DNA of 26,556 nt from Octopus sinensis (Eukaryota). Positions 11,829-22,821 of this stretch are shown here, piece by piece; within the stretch, counting starts at the first letter, position 1, and each line of letters begins with the position of its first letter. The notes beneath the pieces are model-generated. The model had not been told where the DNA came from. It ran no database searches and saw only the letters and a list, made by a program, of their open reading frames with translations. A program made the translations under genes and the position numbers. The stretch covers positions 1 through 26,556 of the forward strand of contig NW_021836079.1 in NCBI RefSeq assembly GCF_006345805.1. The letters run 5' to 3'.

Positions 11829-12114
11829 TTGATTTGACTCGAGCATTCCTGATAGAATTTATGTGGATAGCAGGTTACTATATGTAACATTAGCTATCAC
11901 AAGCTTTCATTCAATAAACTTTCAAGTAACTACCGCTGCTGCTGCTACTACTACTACTATACTACTACTACTACTACTACTACTTCTACTACTACTACTA
12001 CTACTAATAATAATAATAATATATTTTAAAAAGGATTGACGTAACTCTTCACAAAGTTAAACAGTCAAGACGAAGTGCTCTTTCGTCTTGAATTATTATT
12101 ATTATTATTATTAT

Positions 12115-12670
12115 CAGTAGTTTTATTTTATTTTTATAGCGTGCTTTCACTTCACTACGAGCGCAGCTCTGTGTGCCTTGGGTATGTGCTGTGATTTGTT
12201 GTGATGCTCTGATGGTTATTGTATGGAAAGTGCTCTGGTAGGATGTGTGCAGTGCCTAGTAGTGCAATTTTCTGTATGTTATATGTGTTTGTAAGTCCTG
12301 GTGTTTTTGTTATGTATTTGTCTGAATATTTTTTTATCATGCCTAATGCACCTACTATGATAGGAATTGTTTCTGTTTTCAGATTCCACATTCTAGTTAC
12401 CTCTATTTCCAGGTCTTTGTATTTTGAGAGTTTCTCCATTTCTTTTAGAGACACGTTGTCATCTGCCGGTATTGATACATCAATTAGAAAGCATTTTTTT
12501 CTTCATGGTCTCTGACAACTATATCTGGTCTGTTGGCCTTAATTTCTCTATCTGTGTGTATCGGCATATCCCAGAGTATGGTTGCTTTCTCGTTTTATGT
12601 GACCTTTTCTGGTGTGTGCCTATACCATCTTTTTTCTGTTGTTATTCCATAATGTTGGCATAGCTTGGCA
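12115..12670 (-). mobile_element. R4/Dong element 3' fragment D2 (probable D3/D1 recombinant)
   Basis: ORF 12155-12454 reads MSLKEMEKLSKYKDLEIEVTRMWNLKTETIPIIVGALGMIKK...IQKIALLGTAHIL (REL domain end). Same truncation junction as D1. Confidence 0.9.
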
Positions 12671-12677
12671 TTATTAC

Positions 12678-12712
<35 letters not shown>

Positions 12713-12734
12713 TATTATTATTATTATTATTATT

Positions 12735-12995
12735 ACCTCTGCCTTTAGCGAAGGCGGAGATATTGTTTTCAGTCGTGTTCGTTTGTTTGTCCGTGGACAA
12801 GGTATCTCAAGAACCGCCGGATGGATTCGGATGAAACTTTCAGGGATGTTTGGTTTGGCCTCGTGACTGGCACGAACTAATTAGATTTGGGGATCGCTCC
12901 ATACCGGACAAGGATTCTGAATTATTTACCGTTTTTTTTAATTTCATTTTTGAGAGCAGTCGAGTTCATTCTCGTTTGTGAGAGTAGTCGAGTTT
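12735..12995 (+). mobile_element. Putative HINE/DINE-1-like element, copy 2 (duplicate of 11457-11710)
   Basis: Near-identical to copy 1; differences are mostly small indels. Confidence 0.45.
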
Positions 12996-13092
12996 ATTAT
13001 TATTATTATCATCATCATTATTATTATTATCATCATTATTATTATATTATTAGTATTATTATTATTATATTATTATTATTATTATTATTATT

Positions 13093-13124
<32 letters not shown>

Positions 13125-13241
13125 TTGATTTGACTCGAGCATTCCTGATAGAATTTATGTGGATAGCAGGTTACTATATGTAACATTAGCTATCCACAAG
13201 CTTTCATTCAATAAACTTTCAAGTAACTACTGCTGCTGCTG

Positions 13242-13281
<40 letters not shown>

Positions 13282-13411
13282 TACTACTACTAATAATAAT
13301 AATAATAATAATATATTTTAAAAAGGATTGACGTAACTCTTCACAAAGTTAAACAGTCAAGACGGAAGTGCTCTCTTCGTCTTGACTATTATTATTATTA
13401 TTATTATTATT

Positions 13412-15678
13412 CAGTAGTTTTATTTTTATTTTTATAGCGTGCTTTCACTTCACTACCGAGCGCAGCTCTGTGTGCCTTGGGTATGTGCTGTGATTTGTTG
13501 TGATGCTCTGATGGTTATTGTATGGAAAGTGCTCTGCGTAGGATGTGTGCAGTGCCTAGTAGTGCAATTTTCTGTATGTTATATGTGTTTGTAAGTCCTG
13601 GTGGTTTTGTTATGTATTTGTCTGAATATTTTTTTATCATGCCTAATGCACCTACTGATAGGAATTGTTTCTGTTTTCAGATTCCACATTCTAGTTACCT
13701 CTATTTCCAGGTCTTTGTATTTTGAGAGTTTCTCCATTTCTTTTAGGACACGTTGTCATCTGCCGGTACTGATACATCAATTAGAAAGCATTTTTTTCTT
13801 CATGGTCTCTGACAAATATATCTGGTCTGTTGGCCTTAATTCTCTATCTGTGTGTATCGGCATATCCCAGAGTATGGTTGCTTTCTCGTTTTCTGTGACC
13901 TTTTCTGGTGGGTGCCTATACCATCTTTTTCTGTTGTTATTCCATAATGTTGGCATAGCTTCCAATGTATGTAAGTTCCAACTCTGTCATGTCTGTGATA
14001 TATTACTTCTTAGCCAGGACTGGCTGGGCAGCTAGAGATAATATGATTATTGTTTCTTGTCCATCTCCACATATTCTGCAGTTACTTGTAATATTTCTTT
14101 TCATTACATGTTTTTGGTAATTTCTGGTGGGGAGGCTTTGGTCTTGTGCTGCAATTAAATCCCCTCTGTCTGCTTTGAGTCCTGAGCTTCTCAACCATTG
14201 CTGGGATTTTTCTTTGTCTATTTCTTTTGCGTTAGTTTAGTCCAGTATTTACCATGAAGGGGCTTTTCTTGCCATCGTTTTATCATGGTTCGTTGCTGTT
14301 CTATTTTTAGTTTGGATTCATTTTTTTATAGCTTTTGTTGTTTCTTCATCCTTCTTCTTCTTCTTCATGTTTATTAGGTGGTATGATGATTTCTTGTTTG
14401 TATTTGTCAGCTTCCTTAAATACTGAGAACAGTTTTTTGTTTTGCTCGTGTTTTGCCGCTATCTGGATCAGTTTTCTTCTTCTGAAGTAGATATTTTTGC
14501 AGTCCTATGGTGGTTATTTTATAGTAGTTTTCCAGCTGTATAAGGCCTCTACCACCTTCTATACGTTGTATATATAGTCTTTCTATGTCAGATTTTGGGT
14601 GGTGCATCCTAGATCCTGTCATTATTTTTTTGTTTCCTGTCTATTTTGGTCAGTTCATTTCGTGTCCAGTTAAGGATATTGTAGCTGTAACTTATAACTG
14701 GGACAGCTAAAGTGTTGATACCTATTATCTTGTTTTAGCATTGAGCTCTGTGTTAGTATTGATCTAACTCGTCTATAATATTCTTTTTTTATTTTCTCTT
14801 TCATTTATGTGTGTTGTGTCTTATCTAGTTCATGGATTCCTAAGTATTTGTAAGTTTGGCTTGGTCTAATTCTTTTATTTCATTTGCTTCATCTAGTGTG
14901 ATGTTGTTACTCTTAACTAGTTTTCTCTTTCATGGTTACTTGGCGCATTTTTCTAATCCAAATTTCATATCTATTTCTTTGGTAAATCCATGAACTGTCT
15001 TTAATAGTGTTTCCAGCTGTTTGTCATTTGCAGCGTATAGTTTTAGGTCATCCATATATAAAAGGTGGCTGATCGTTTTGCCGTAACATTATATCCGCAT
15101 CCAGTTCTATTTAGCATATCAGATAGAGGTGACAGTGCCAAGCAGAAAAGGAGTGGAGAGAGCGTATCTCCCTGGATATTCCTCTTCTAATGGGGATGTC
15201 TTTGGTTTCATGAGTCCCTCTTTGTTTGGAGGTGTAGGACTGTTTGCCATTTATTCATAGAGTGCTCTATGAATTTTATGATTGTTGGTGCTACTTTGTT
15301 AATGGCTAGTGTTTCGAGGATCCATGTGTGGGGGATGCTCATCGAACGCCTTTTTTGTAGTCAATCCAGGCCATACTGAGGCCTTTCTTCTTTCTGTGGC
15401 TGTCTTCAGTTACGGCTTTATTAATCATTAGTTGATCTTTACAGCCATATGAGCCTTTGCGGCATCCTTCTGCTCTTCTGGGAACAGTTTGTTTTCGTCC
15501 AGGTGCTTGTTCAGCCTTGTGATATCACTGCAGTAAATGCCTTGAACATAGTAGGGAGGCAGGTTATTGGTCTGTAGTTTTCTGGTTTTTTTCTGTTTCA
15601 TTTGATTTGGGAATTAGATGGTTTCCCCTTCGTGAGCCATTCAGGCATTGTCTCTGGCTCTGCTAGTACGTTGTATTA
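13412..15678 (-). mobile_element. R4/Dong-clade non-LTR retrotransposon D3, 5'-truncated (RT + CCHC + REL endonuclease), multiply frameshifted
   Basis: Minus-strand motifs PENYRPITCLPTMFKAF (about 15540-15585), MAWIDYKK (about 15355-15385), QGDTLSPLLFCLALSPL (about 15125-15175), ISHLLYMDDLKLY (YMDD 15047-15058), DLIAAQDQSLPTRNY, NCRICGDGQETI, ATILWDMPIHTDRE and TAHILRRALSIQ* (stop 13515-13517). About 100-nt 3' UTR; (TAA)n at both ends. Confidence 0.93.
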
Positions 15679-15716
15679 TTATTATTATTATTATTATTAT
15701 CATCATTATTATTATT

Positions 15717-16057
15717 AAAGACGACGAGATGGCAGACTCTTAGCGGCATTTCGTCCGACTTCACGTTCTGAGTTCAAATTCCGCGCAGGTGGACTTTACC
15801 TTTCATCCTTTAGGGGTCGATAAAATAAGTTCAATGTAATCAGCTATCCGCCTTCACCCCAAAAATGTCATGCTTTGAGCCTATAGCAGAAAGGATTATT
15901 ATTATTATTATTATTATCATTATTATTTCTGCTGAGTTCGACTTTGCCTTTCATCCTTTCGGGATTGATAAATTAAGTACCAGTCTAAATCTGGGTTCGA
16001 TGTAATCGGCTAGTCCCTGCCCCCACTATTTCAGGCCTATTGCCTTTAGTAGAAGGA

Positions 16058-16060
<3 letters not shown>
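15717..16060 (+). mobile_element. Two diverged SINE family B copies (15717-15895 and 15928-16060) separated by (TTA)n
   Basis: ttctgagttcaaattccgcgcaggtggactttacctttcatcctttaggggtcgataaaataagt and ctgagttcgactttgcctttcatcctttcgggattgataaattaagtaccag. Confidence 0.75.
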
Positions 16061-16096
<36 letters not shown>

Positions 16097-16699
16097 TACT
16101 ACTACTACTACTACTATTATTATTATATTATTATTATTATTGAGTCTGTCGTCTGCGGCTCTTTAAAAGTTATGCCTCGCGTCTATTAAAGAAATCGATA
16201 CTCCAGCGTACCATTACGAGGCTTTATCAACGGATCCATTGATGTATAATAAAATTATACGCAATCCTTCCTTTTGCTTTAAAAGGGAAAATTGATTTTT
16301 CGTTCATCTTTCTTCACTGGATTCAGTTATATCCATGTATATGTGCGTATTGCCTTTGCCTTTTTGGATTGTGAGACCTGGAATAGTAACAACATAACCA
16401 CCGCACACTCACGCACACGAACTCAAACACAAACATACATACATACATATACGGACATATATATGCATACACATTGCTAACTACAATAATAACTAGAAAA
16501 GAAAGAATAATAATATACAATATGAAATATTTTTCGGATGTGTTTAATCCAGAAAAGCAAAGTACAAATCAACAAAAGAATTATATTTTACACTTCACAT
16601 ATATAGTATTAATTTAATTTAGAAGCAACAAGGCACCAGTAAGCGAAACGGAAATCCTTTGCTTTCTATAACCTCTCCAAAACCCACAGAAGTGTATAC

Positions 16700-16717
16700 A
16701 TATACATACATATACAT

Positions 16718-16753
<36 letters not shown>

Positions 16754-16871
16754 GTACATCATATATGTATGTATATGAGTATGTGTGTGTATATATATAT
16801 GAGAACAAATTTAGACTTGTATGTACGTGTATGTATGTATATATATATATACACACACACTTATATTATAA

Positions 16872-16916
<45 letters not shown>

Positions 16917-17025
16917 CATATTGTATTATATATACAATATATGTATATATATATATACACACACACATTTATATTATAATCTGTATGTATATATATATAT
17001 GTTAATATATATATATATATATGTG

Positions 17026-17083
<58 letters not shown>

Positions 17084-17089
17084 CATATA

Positions 17090-17143
<54 letters not shown>

Positions 17144-17400
17144 GTATGTATACATTTTATATTATATATCTGGATGTACGGATATATATATATATAGGTA
17201 TTCATTTATTCCTTTATTAATTTGAGCCACAGATTTTTGCTAAGTTGCGATATATATATATATACATATCTGTGTATGTGTGTTTGTGTATGTATATATA
17301 TATGTATATGTGCGTGTGTGTGCGTGTATGCGTATCAACATATATGTGTGTATATATCTCTGTGTGTACATATATATACGTATATATGTATATATGCATG

Positions 17401-17448
<48 letters not shown>

Positions 17449-17556
17449 TATGTATGTATTCATATATGCATATGTATACATATATATATGTATATATTAT
17501 ATAAAATATGTATATATACATACATATATATATACATATCTTATTATATATATAAA

Positions 17557-17594
<38 letters not shown>

Positions 17595-17610
17595 ATGCAT
17601 GTATATCGAT
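16700..17610. repeat. Long (TA)n/(TG)n/(GA)n compound microsatellite field
   Basis: Direct reading; includes a duplicated unit ...tacacacacac(t/a)tt(t)atattataatctgt at about 16850 and about 16955. Confidence 0.9.
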
Positions 17611-19131
17611 TAGCTTTGTGTAGGGGCAAAGCTATAAGCAAACACTAATCACACACATACACATACATACGTGGCGTTGAGGCTGTTCATGTACGTACAA
17701 CCCTCATACAATATATATATGCGTATATGTTATAAGAATGTGTATGATTGAGAGGTCAAACAGGCTACCAAAATTTATTACTGCTTGCGAAATATTATGT
17801 TAATTTGTTTAACTTTATAATAATATATCTCATAAATGTAGTATTTATTTTGAGATATTTGTTTTGTCTTGTAGTATGTATCATTGAATATCTGCAAAGC
17901 GAAACCTATTCTTTTTCCCTCTAGGATTTTCCACAATGTGCGTGTGTACACCATAAAATGTGTTTTTGTGTGTCTATATGTGTGTGTGTGTGTGTGTAGT
18001 GGTAGTGGGGGAAAGATCGAGAGGTGTGAGCTGTCCAAATGGAAATATATTCAAATGTATTCAAATTTGTAAATCTTTCAATGGGTATGAATTTTGTATT
18101 GTTCCACATTGATAACAATATAGCGTGTAACGAAACGAAACATACGTACCGATTGTATTATGTAAGGTTTAAGATGCATAACTATACAGAGTGACTCACC
18201 AACGGTCCACGCCATGTCGCACACCACATATACGAAAAGAAGTCATTGATTTTATATATATATAGGCATGTCTCTTTATAACATATGCAGATATATAAGC
18301 ATATATATATATATATATATGAATTTTGTATATATACACATATGTACTCATACACACACATGTTTCAGTTATTCTACTGTTGCCATGCATGAGCAAAATT
18401 CCTCAGTCTATTTCAGCCTTGCGTTCAGAATTTTATACCATTGCAAAATGTTAGGTCGTCCGGGGAATTACACAGAATAACATCTGAATATTCATTTTGA
18501 AAATATTGGTAACGATACCACCCATGATTTAAGGAAGACTATTGAAGAGCTGTGTCCCCTTGAAATCTAGATTTGCAGTTTCTGGGTTTCACCCAAGTTA
18601 GAGAAGGCGGAATTGTGGAACAATGCAGTTGGTCAAAGATTCGTATCGGTTTTAATGCCAAAATTTTCTGCCAGTCCTTCCAGAAATTACTTATGACTGT
18701 ATAACATTCCCTCATATTCAATGATAGATAGATAGGTACATACATACATACAGACAGACATACATATATATTTACATATACATATATATATATAATATAT
18801 ATATTATTATATATATTATATATATATATAACAATCATTAGAAATTTTCGTTTTTACCTTATTTTTGCCTTCCTTATTTTAGAATGTTTATAATTTAACC
18901 TTTAAAGTAAGTTTTAATATGCTGGCCATTGATAAAATTTTTTTGGAAAATAATGTTTTCAAAGAAATGTTTCCTACTTAGATATATATATATGTATGTA
19001 TGTAATATATATTGTATAATATATATATGTATACATATATATGTAAATGTATGTATATGTGATGTATGTAATATATACATATATATATATATATATTATA
19101 TATATATATATTTATATATATATTATATATA

Positions 19132-19182
<51 letters not shown>

Positions 19183-19203
19183 TATATATATATTTATAAT
19201 ATA

Positions 19204-19470
19204 TCCAGTCAGTCGAGTAGGTGGATGGATTCTTAGAGCATTCAGAACCAGAAATAAGGATACCTTGCTACTCGTATGGAGGACATTTATCTCAGTCATC
19301 TGGATTTCTACCCCATCTGTGATCGCCACACGGCCTCAAAGTGGTGGCAGAACTTGAGGCAGCCCAGCGTCACTACACAAAAAATATTGACTCGGTGAAA
19401 CAGGTGAACTATAGAGAGAGGCTACAAGAACTGAAACTCTACTGGAGAGAAGGTGAGAATTGTATATGTG
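19204..19470 (+). mobile_element. CR1-clade LINE RT C-terminal fragment
   Basis: Reads GWILRAFRTRNKDTLLLVWRTF...AELEAAQRHYTKNIDSVKQVNYRERLQELKLY, the typical CR1 ILR-F / LE-VQRR-TK / Y-ERL--L-L region; frameshifted. Confidence 0.75.
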
Positions 19471-19854
19471 TATTCTGATATATAAATCCCGTTCTGTCTG
19501 TCAATTTTTTTGTGCGCTTATAACTTAAGTATTGTTCATCCGATCGCGCTGAAATTTTAAACCTGGATACAAGAGAGAGCTGGGCGTTCTGTAAATTAAA
19601 TAGATTTTCAAAATTGTCAGTTTCAAAGTGAGAATCGCTATTTTGTAATCTTTTTGTCCTGTTTCTTTAGCCATCCTGTTCATTAACCTACGTTCTAAAC
19701 AATTCATTACTACGTTTTCACATTTAAATAACAAATATATGTAAATAATGCTTGCTATTTGTAAATACAGTCTCATTTTTATTTAAATATTAGACCACGA
19801 ACAACTGAACTCATTTCTGCGTTTGTAAGCAGCTAAAAAATTTGATATCACTCT

Positions 19855-20095
19855 AACTGGCAGAAACGTTAGCACGCTGGGCGAAATGCGTAGCCGTATT
19901 TCGTCTGCCGTATTTCGTTCTGAGTTCAAATTCCGCCGAGGTCGACTTTGCCTTTCATCCTTTCGGGGTCGATTAAATAAGTACCAGTTACGCACTGGGG
20001 TCGATATAATCGACTTAATCTGTTTGTCTGTCCTTGTTTGTCTCTTGTGTTCAGCCCTTGTGGGTTTAGTGGGTATAGTAAAGAAATATGTAATC
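19855..20095 (+). mobile_element. SINE family B, near-complete copy
   Basis: ctggcagaaacgttagcacgctgggcgaaatgcgtagccgtatttcgtc...gagttcaaattccgccgaggtcgactttgcctttcatcctttcggggtcg...gtaaagaaatatg. Confidence 0.88.
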
Positions 20096-21012
20096 AATCA
20101 CGAGCATTCGCGGTCAAATTTGTCTTACGGTTGTTTTTCGTGCAATAAAACCCGTGACATGAAAAAACTACAAGGAAAAGGCAGTTACTTTAAGTGAGCA
20201 AAAAAGTGAAAATAAAGCAAATAAATAAATGTGTACTCAATTTTCTGAAGATATTCTCAACAAAATTCAGTTGAAAGTAGAAAAGAGTAATTGATTGCTT
20301 ATAAAAAGTAAAAAAATTTGTGGGGGTTACATCTAAAACCATACCTAACGTTCTCGTCCAACTTAAAAAAATAAGCGGTATTGTTCAATTTTTGAGATAA
20401 AATTGATTTGCAAAGATATGCCTTATGTTATTTTATTACACATTGGGTTATTTCTGAAAACTTGATCCAAAAAACCTGAAATTGTAGCCTGTGTTTTGTC
20501 TGTATCAAAAGATAGTCGCTCAACTGCTATTCATTGAAAAGTAGAGGAAATTGGAATGCGATAATTATTTAACGCACTTTATATATATATATATATGTAT
20601 GTATGTATGTATATATACACTTTATTTGCTTTATGCATAATTTTATAGACTTAATACACAGCACTCTCCCTCTTTCCTTCTCCCTTTTCGCCTTACCCTC
20701 TTTTTCTCGCCCTTTTTAATTTTGCTCTTCGAATTTCCCTTCAACTAACGTTACAGACGGGCCGAGTAACGGAGAGAAAAATCTTACTTAAAATAATTAC
20801 ACCTTTCACTCATCACCACCTCCCGCTCCCTTCCTCTATATCTCCCCTCACCTTTCCCATATCTCTCCTCCCCTCACCCTCCTTCTCTCCTCCTTCTCCC
20901 ACTTGTCCACTCCTCTCTCTACGCATCCCCTTTCAAGTAATCACGTGGGAGCGTTATGGACGGGTTAAGTAACGGAAGAACCAGCAAAATTATAATATAT
21001 TATATATATATA

Positions 21013-21422
21013 TACTCTTTTACTTGTTTCAGTCATTTGCCTGCGGCCATGCTGGAGCACCGTCTTTAGTCGAGCAAATCGACCCCAGGTCTTATTCTTT
21101 GTAAGCCTAGCACTTCTTCTATCGGTCACTTATTGCCAAACCGCTAAGCTACGGGGACGTAAACACACCAGGATCGGTTGTCAAGCAATGTTGGGGGGGG
21201 GGCACAAACACAAACACAGAAACATATACACACACATACACATATATATACATATATACGACGGGCTTCTTTCAGTTTCCATCTACCAAATCCACCCTCA
21301 AAGCTTTGGTCGGCACGTGGCTATGGCGGAAGACACTTGCCCAAGGTGCCACGCAGTGGGACTGAACCCAGAACCATGTGGTTGGTAAGCAAGCTACTAA
21401 CCACACAGCCACTCCTGCACCT
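21013..21422 (-). mobile_element. SINE family A, full-length copy on the minus strand
   Basis: Reverse complement of the 9017-9420 pattern, including the internal (CA/TA)n. Confidence 0.9.
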
Positions 21423-22338
21423 ATATCTATATGTGTGTGTATGTGTGTGTGTAATGGGTGTATAGGAGAGAGATGGGAAGGGGAGGGGAGAGGAGAGGAG
21501 GAGGGAAGAGAGAGATAGAGGGAAGAGAGAGAGAAGCAGAAGAATTTGGTGAGAACAGGATAATTTGTGGAGCACATTGTTCGGGAGTTGTACGAGGAAT
21601 ATTGCTTGAAACGATTATGGGCCTAGTGCAATGGAAACAGAAAATTTCGGGAGGAGATTAGCTAGTGTGTGTAGTATAGCTCGGGATGCAAAGCGCGCAG
21701 CATTATAGAGACTTTATCCGCCTGAGTACACCTTAGAAATTATATGAGATTGTAATGACTTTGAGGCCAAGTAATTGGAAAACATGTTTGTATACACACT
21801 GGTGAAAGAGGAGAAGGATGTGGAGAGTTGATTCTAATACATACAGATACAGCATATCCGAGTAAGATGAGAGTAAATATTGTAGCGTGGACATAAGACA
21901 TGGCTTATGTATATGTGTGTTTGTGCGTGCATTTTCGCCGGGTTGCTTAATACTATTAAGTCTGTACGTGCATGTGTGTGTATGTGTGGTCGTGCGCATA
22001 TTTATATGTTAGTGTGCGTGACTTCATCATGTGTTGTGTGTGTGCGTGTGGAAGGGCTTGCATATGTGTGTGTGTATATATATACATACATACATACATA
22101 CATACATACATACATACATAATTATATATATATATATATTTATATATTATATATATATATATATAATATAATTATATAATATAATATATACAAAGAGCAA
22201 TAAAGATTCAAGTTAATTTTTAAAAATTTACTTGAATATGGTACCTAACTTAGATGCACCAAAAAAAACTATACTGATTTAACAATACAGTAATGTGGGG
22301 TGATTATAAGCGAGAAAGAAGCAACAAGAATGGATAGG

Positions 22339-22428
22339 TTTTTAGTACGATCGTTTCATACAGGACAGGTTTTATTAAAAGTTGCAAAGATTACAGCATA
22401 TAAACGAGTCCGTACTCATCAGCTAAAA
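22339..22428 (-). ncRNA. Type I hammerhead ribozyme motif, canonical core, long stem II, palindromic stem III
   Basis: Minus strand: UUUUAG-CUGAUGA-GUACGGAC-(about 40 nt)-GUCCUGUAU-GAAA-CGAUCG-UA-CUAAAA. Stem I UUUUAG/CUAAAA; predicted cleavage between 22346 and 22345. Confidence 0.75.
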
Positions 22429-22586
22429 TACATGTAAGTTCTCTAGACAATCCTAGTGTTTGAGGCTATACTCATGAAGTACATGTAAGTTCTCTAGACA
22501 TCCTAGTGTTTGAGGTTACTCATGAAGTATAGGTATACTTCATGAGTATAGCCTCAAACACTAGGATGTCTAGAGAATTACATGTA

Positions 22587-22674
22587 TTTTAGTGATGAGT
22601 ACGGGACTCGTTTATATGCTGTAATCTTTGCAACTTTTAATAAAACTGTCCTTGTATGAAAGATCGTACTAAAA
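22587..22674 (+). ncRNA. Inverted, degenerate copy of the same hammerhead motif
   Basis: ttttag-(c missing)tgatga-gtacgggac...gtccttgtat-gaaa-(c missing)gatcg-ta-ctaaaa. Two core single-base deletions, which may be real or consensus errors. Confidence 0.5.
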
Positions 22675-22775
22675 CCTATCCATTCTTGTTGCTTCTTTCT
22701 CGCTTATATATATATATATATATATGAAAAAACCAAGTAAAAAATAGAAAATGCTAAAATAATTTTATAGTGAAC

Positions 22776-22821
22776 ATTTCAGTACCGGTTTCGGTCATTT
22801 TGAGACCTTTTCAACTGTAAC
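22776..22821 (-). ncRNA. Minimal type I hammerhead ribozyme motif with U3-A8 core variant in the Penelope 3' terminal region
   Basis: Minus strand: GUUACAG-UUGAAAA-GGUC-ucaaaau-GACC-GAAA-CCGG-UA-CUGAAAU. 4-bp stem II, palindromic ACCGGU stem III; predicted cleavage between 22783 and 22782. Confidence 0.65.

Larger units (their letters stand above)
10858..13411. repeat. Tandem duplication, two units of about 1.26-1.3 kb
   Basis: The order Dong 3' end - (TTA)n - HINE-like - (TTA/TCA)n - hairpin segment - (CTA)n - hairpin - (TTA)n occurs at 10858-12114 and again at 12115-13411. Confidence 0.9.
22305..22708. repeat. 404-bp fold-back palindrome (probable Penelope pLTR with an inverted partial copy)
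   Basis: The left arm 22305-22531 is the reverse complement of the right arm 22534-22708 (loop gg). The left arm carries an extra tandem duplication of about 50 bp (22429-22479 / 22480-22527). Confidence 0.9.

Noticed and set aside
10858-13411. Regularly spaced repeats with hairpins suggesting a CRISPR-like array
   Set aside because: Eukaryotic context; the units are kb-scale duplications with identical spacers.
16191-16200. GAAATCGATA resembling a hammerhead 3' half with palindromic stem III
   Set aside because: No CUGANGA or U3-A8 core and no stem II upstream.
17611-17634. Small 8-bp hairpin tagctttg/caaagcta
   Set aside because: Isolated and short; expected by chance in AT-rich DNA.
18196-18290. 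Minus-strand GTGAGT donor with a short open frame (DFFSYMWCATWRGPL)
   Set aside because: Poor acceptor, overlaps (TA)n, no homology recognised.
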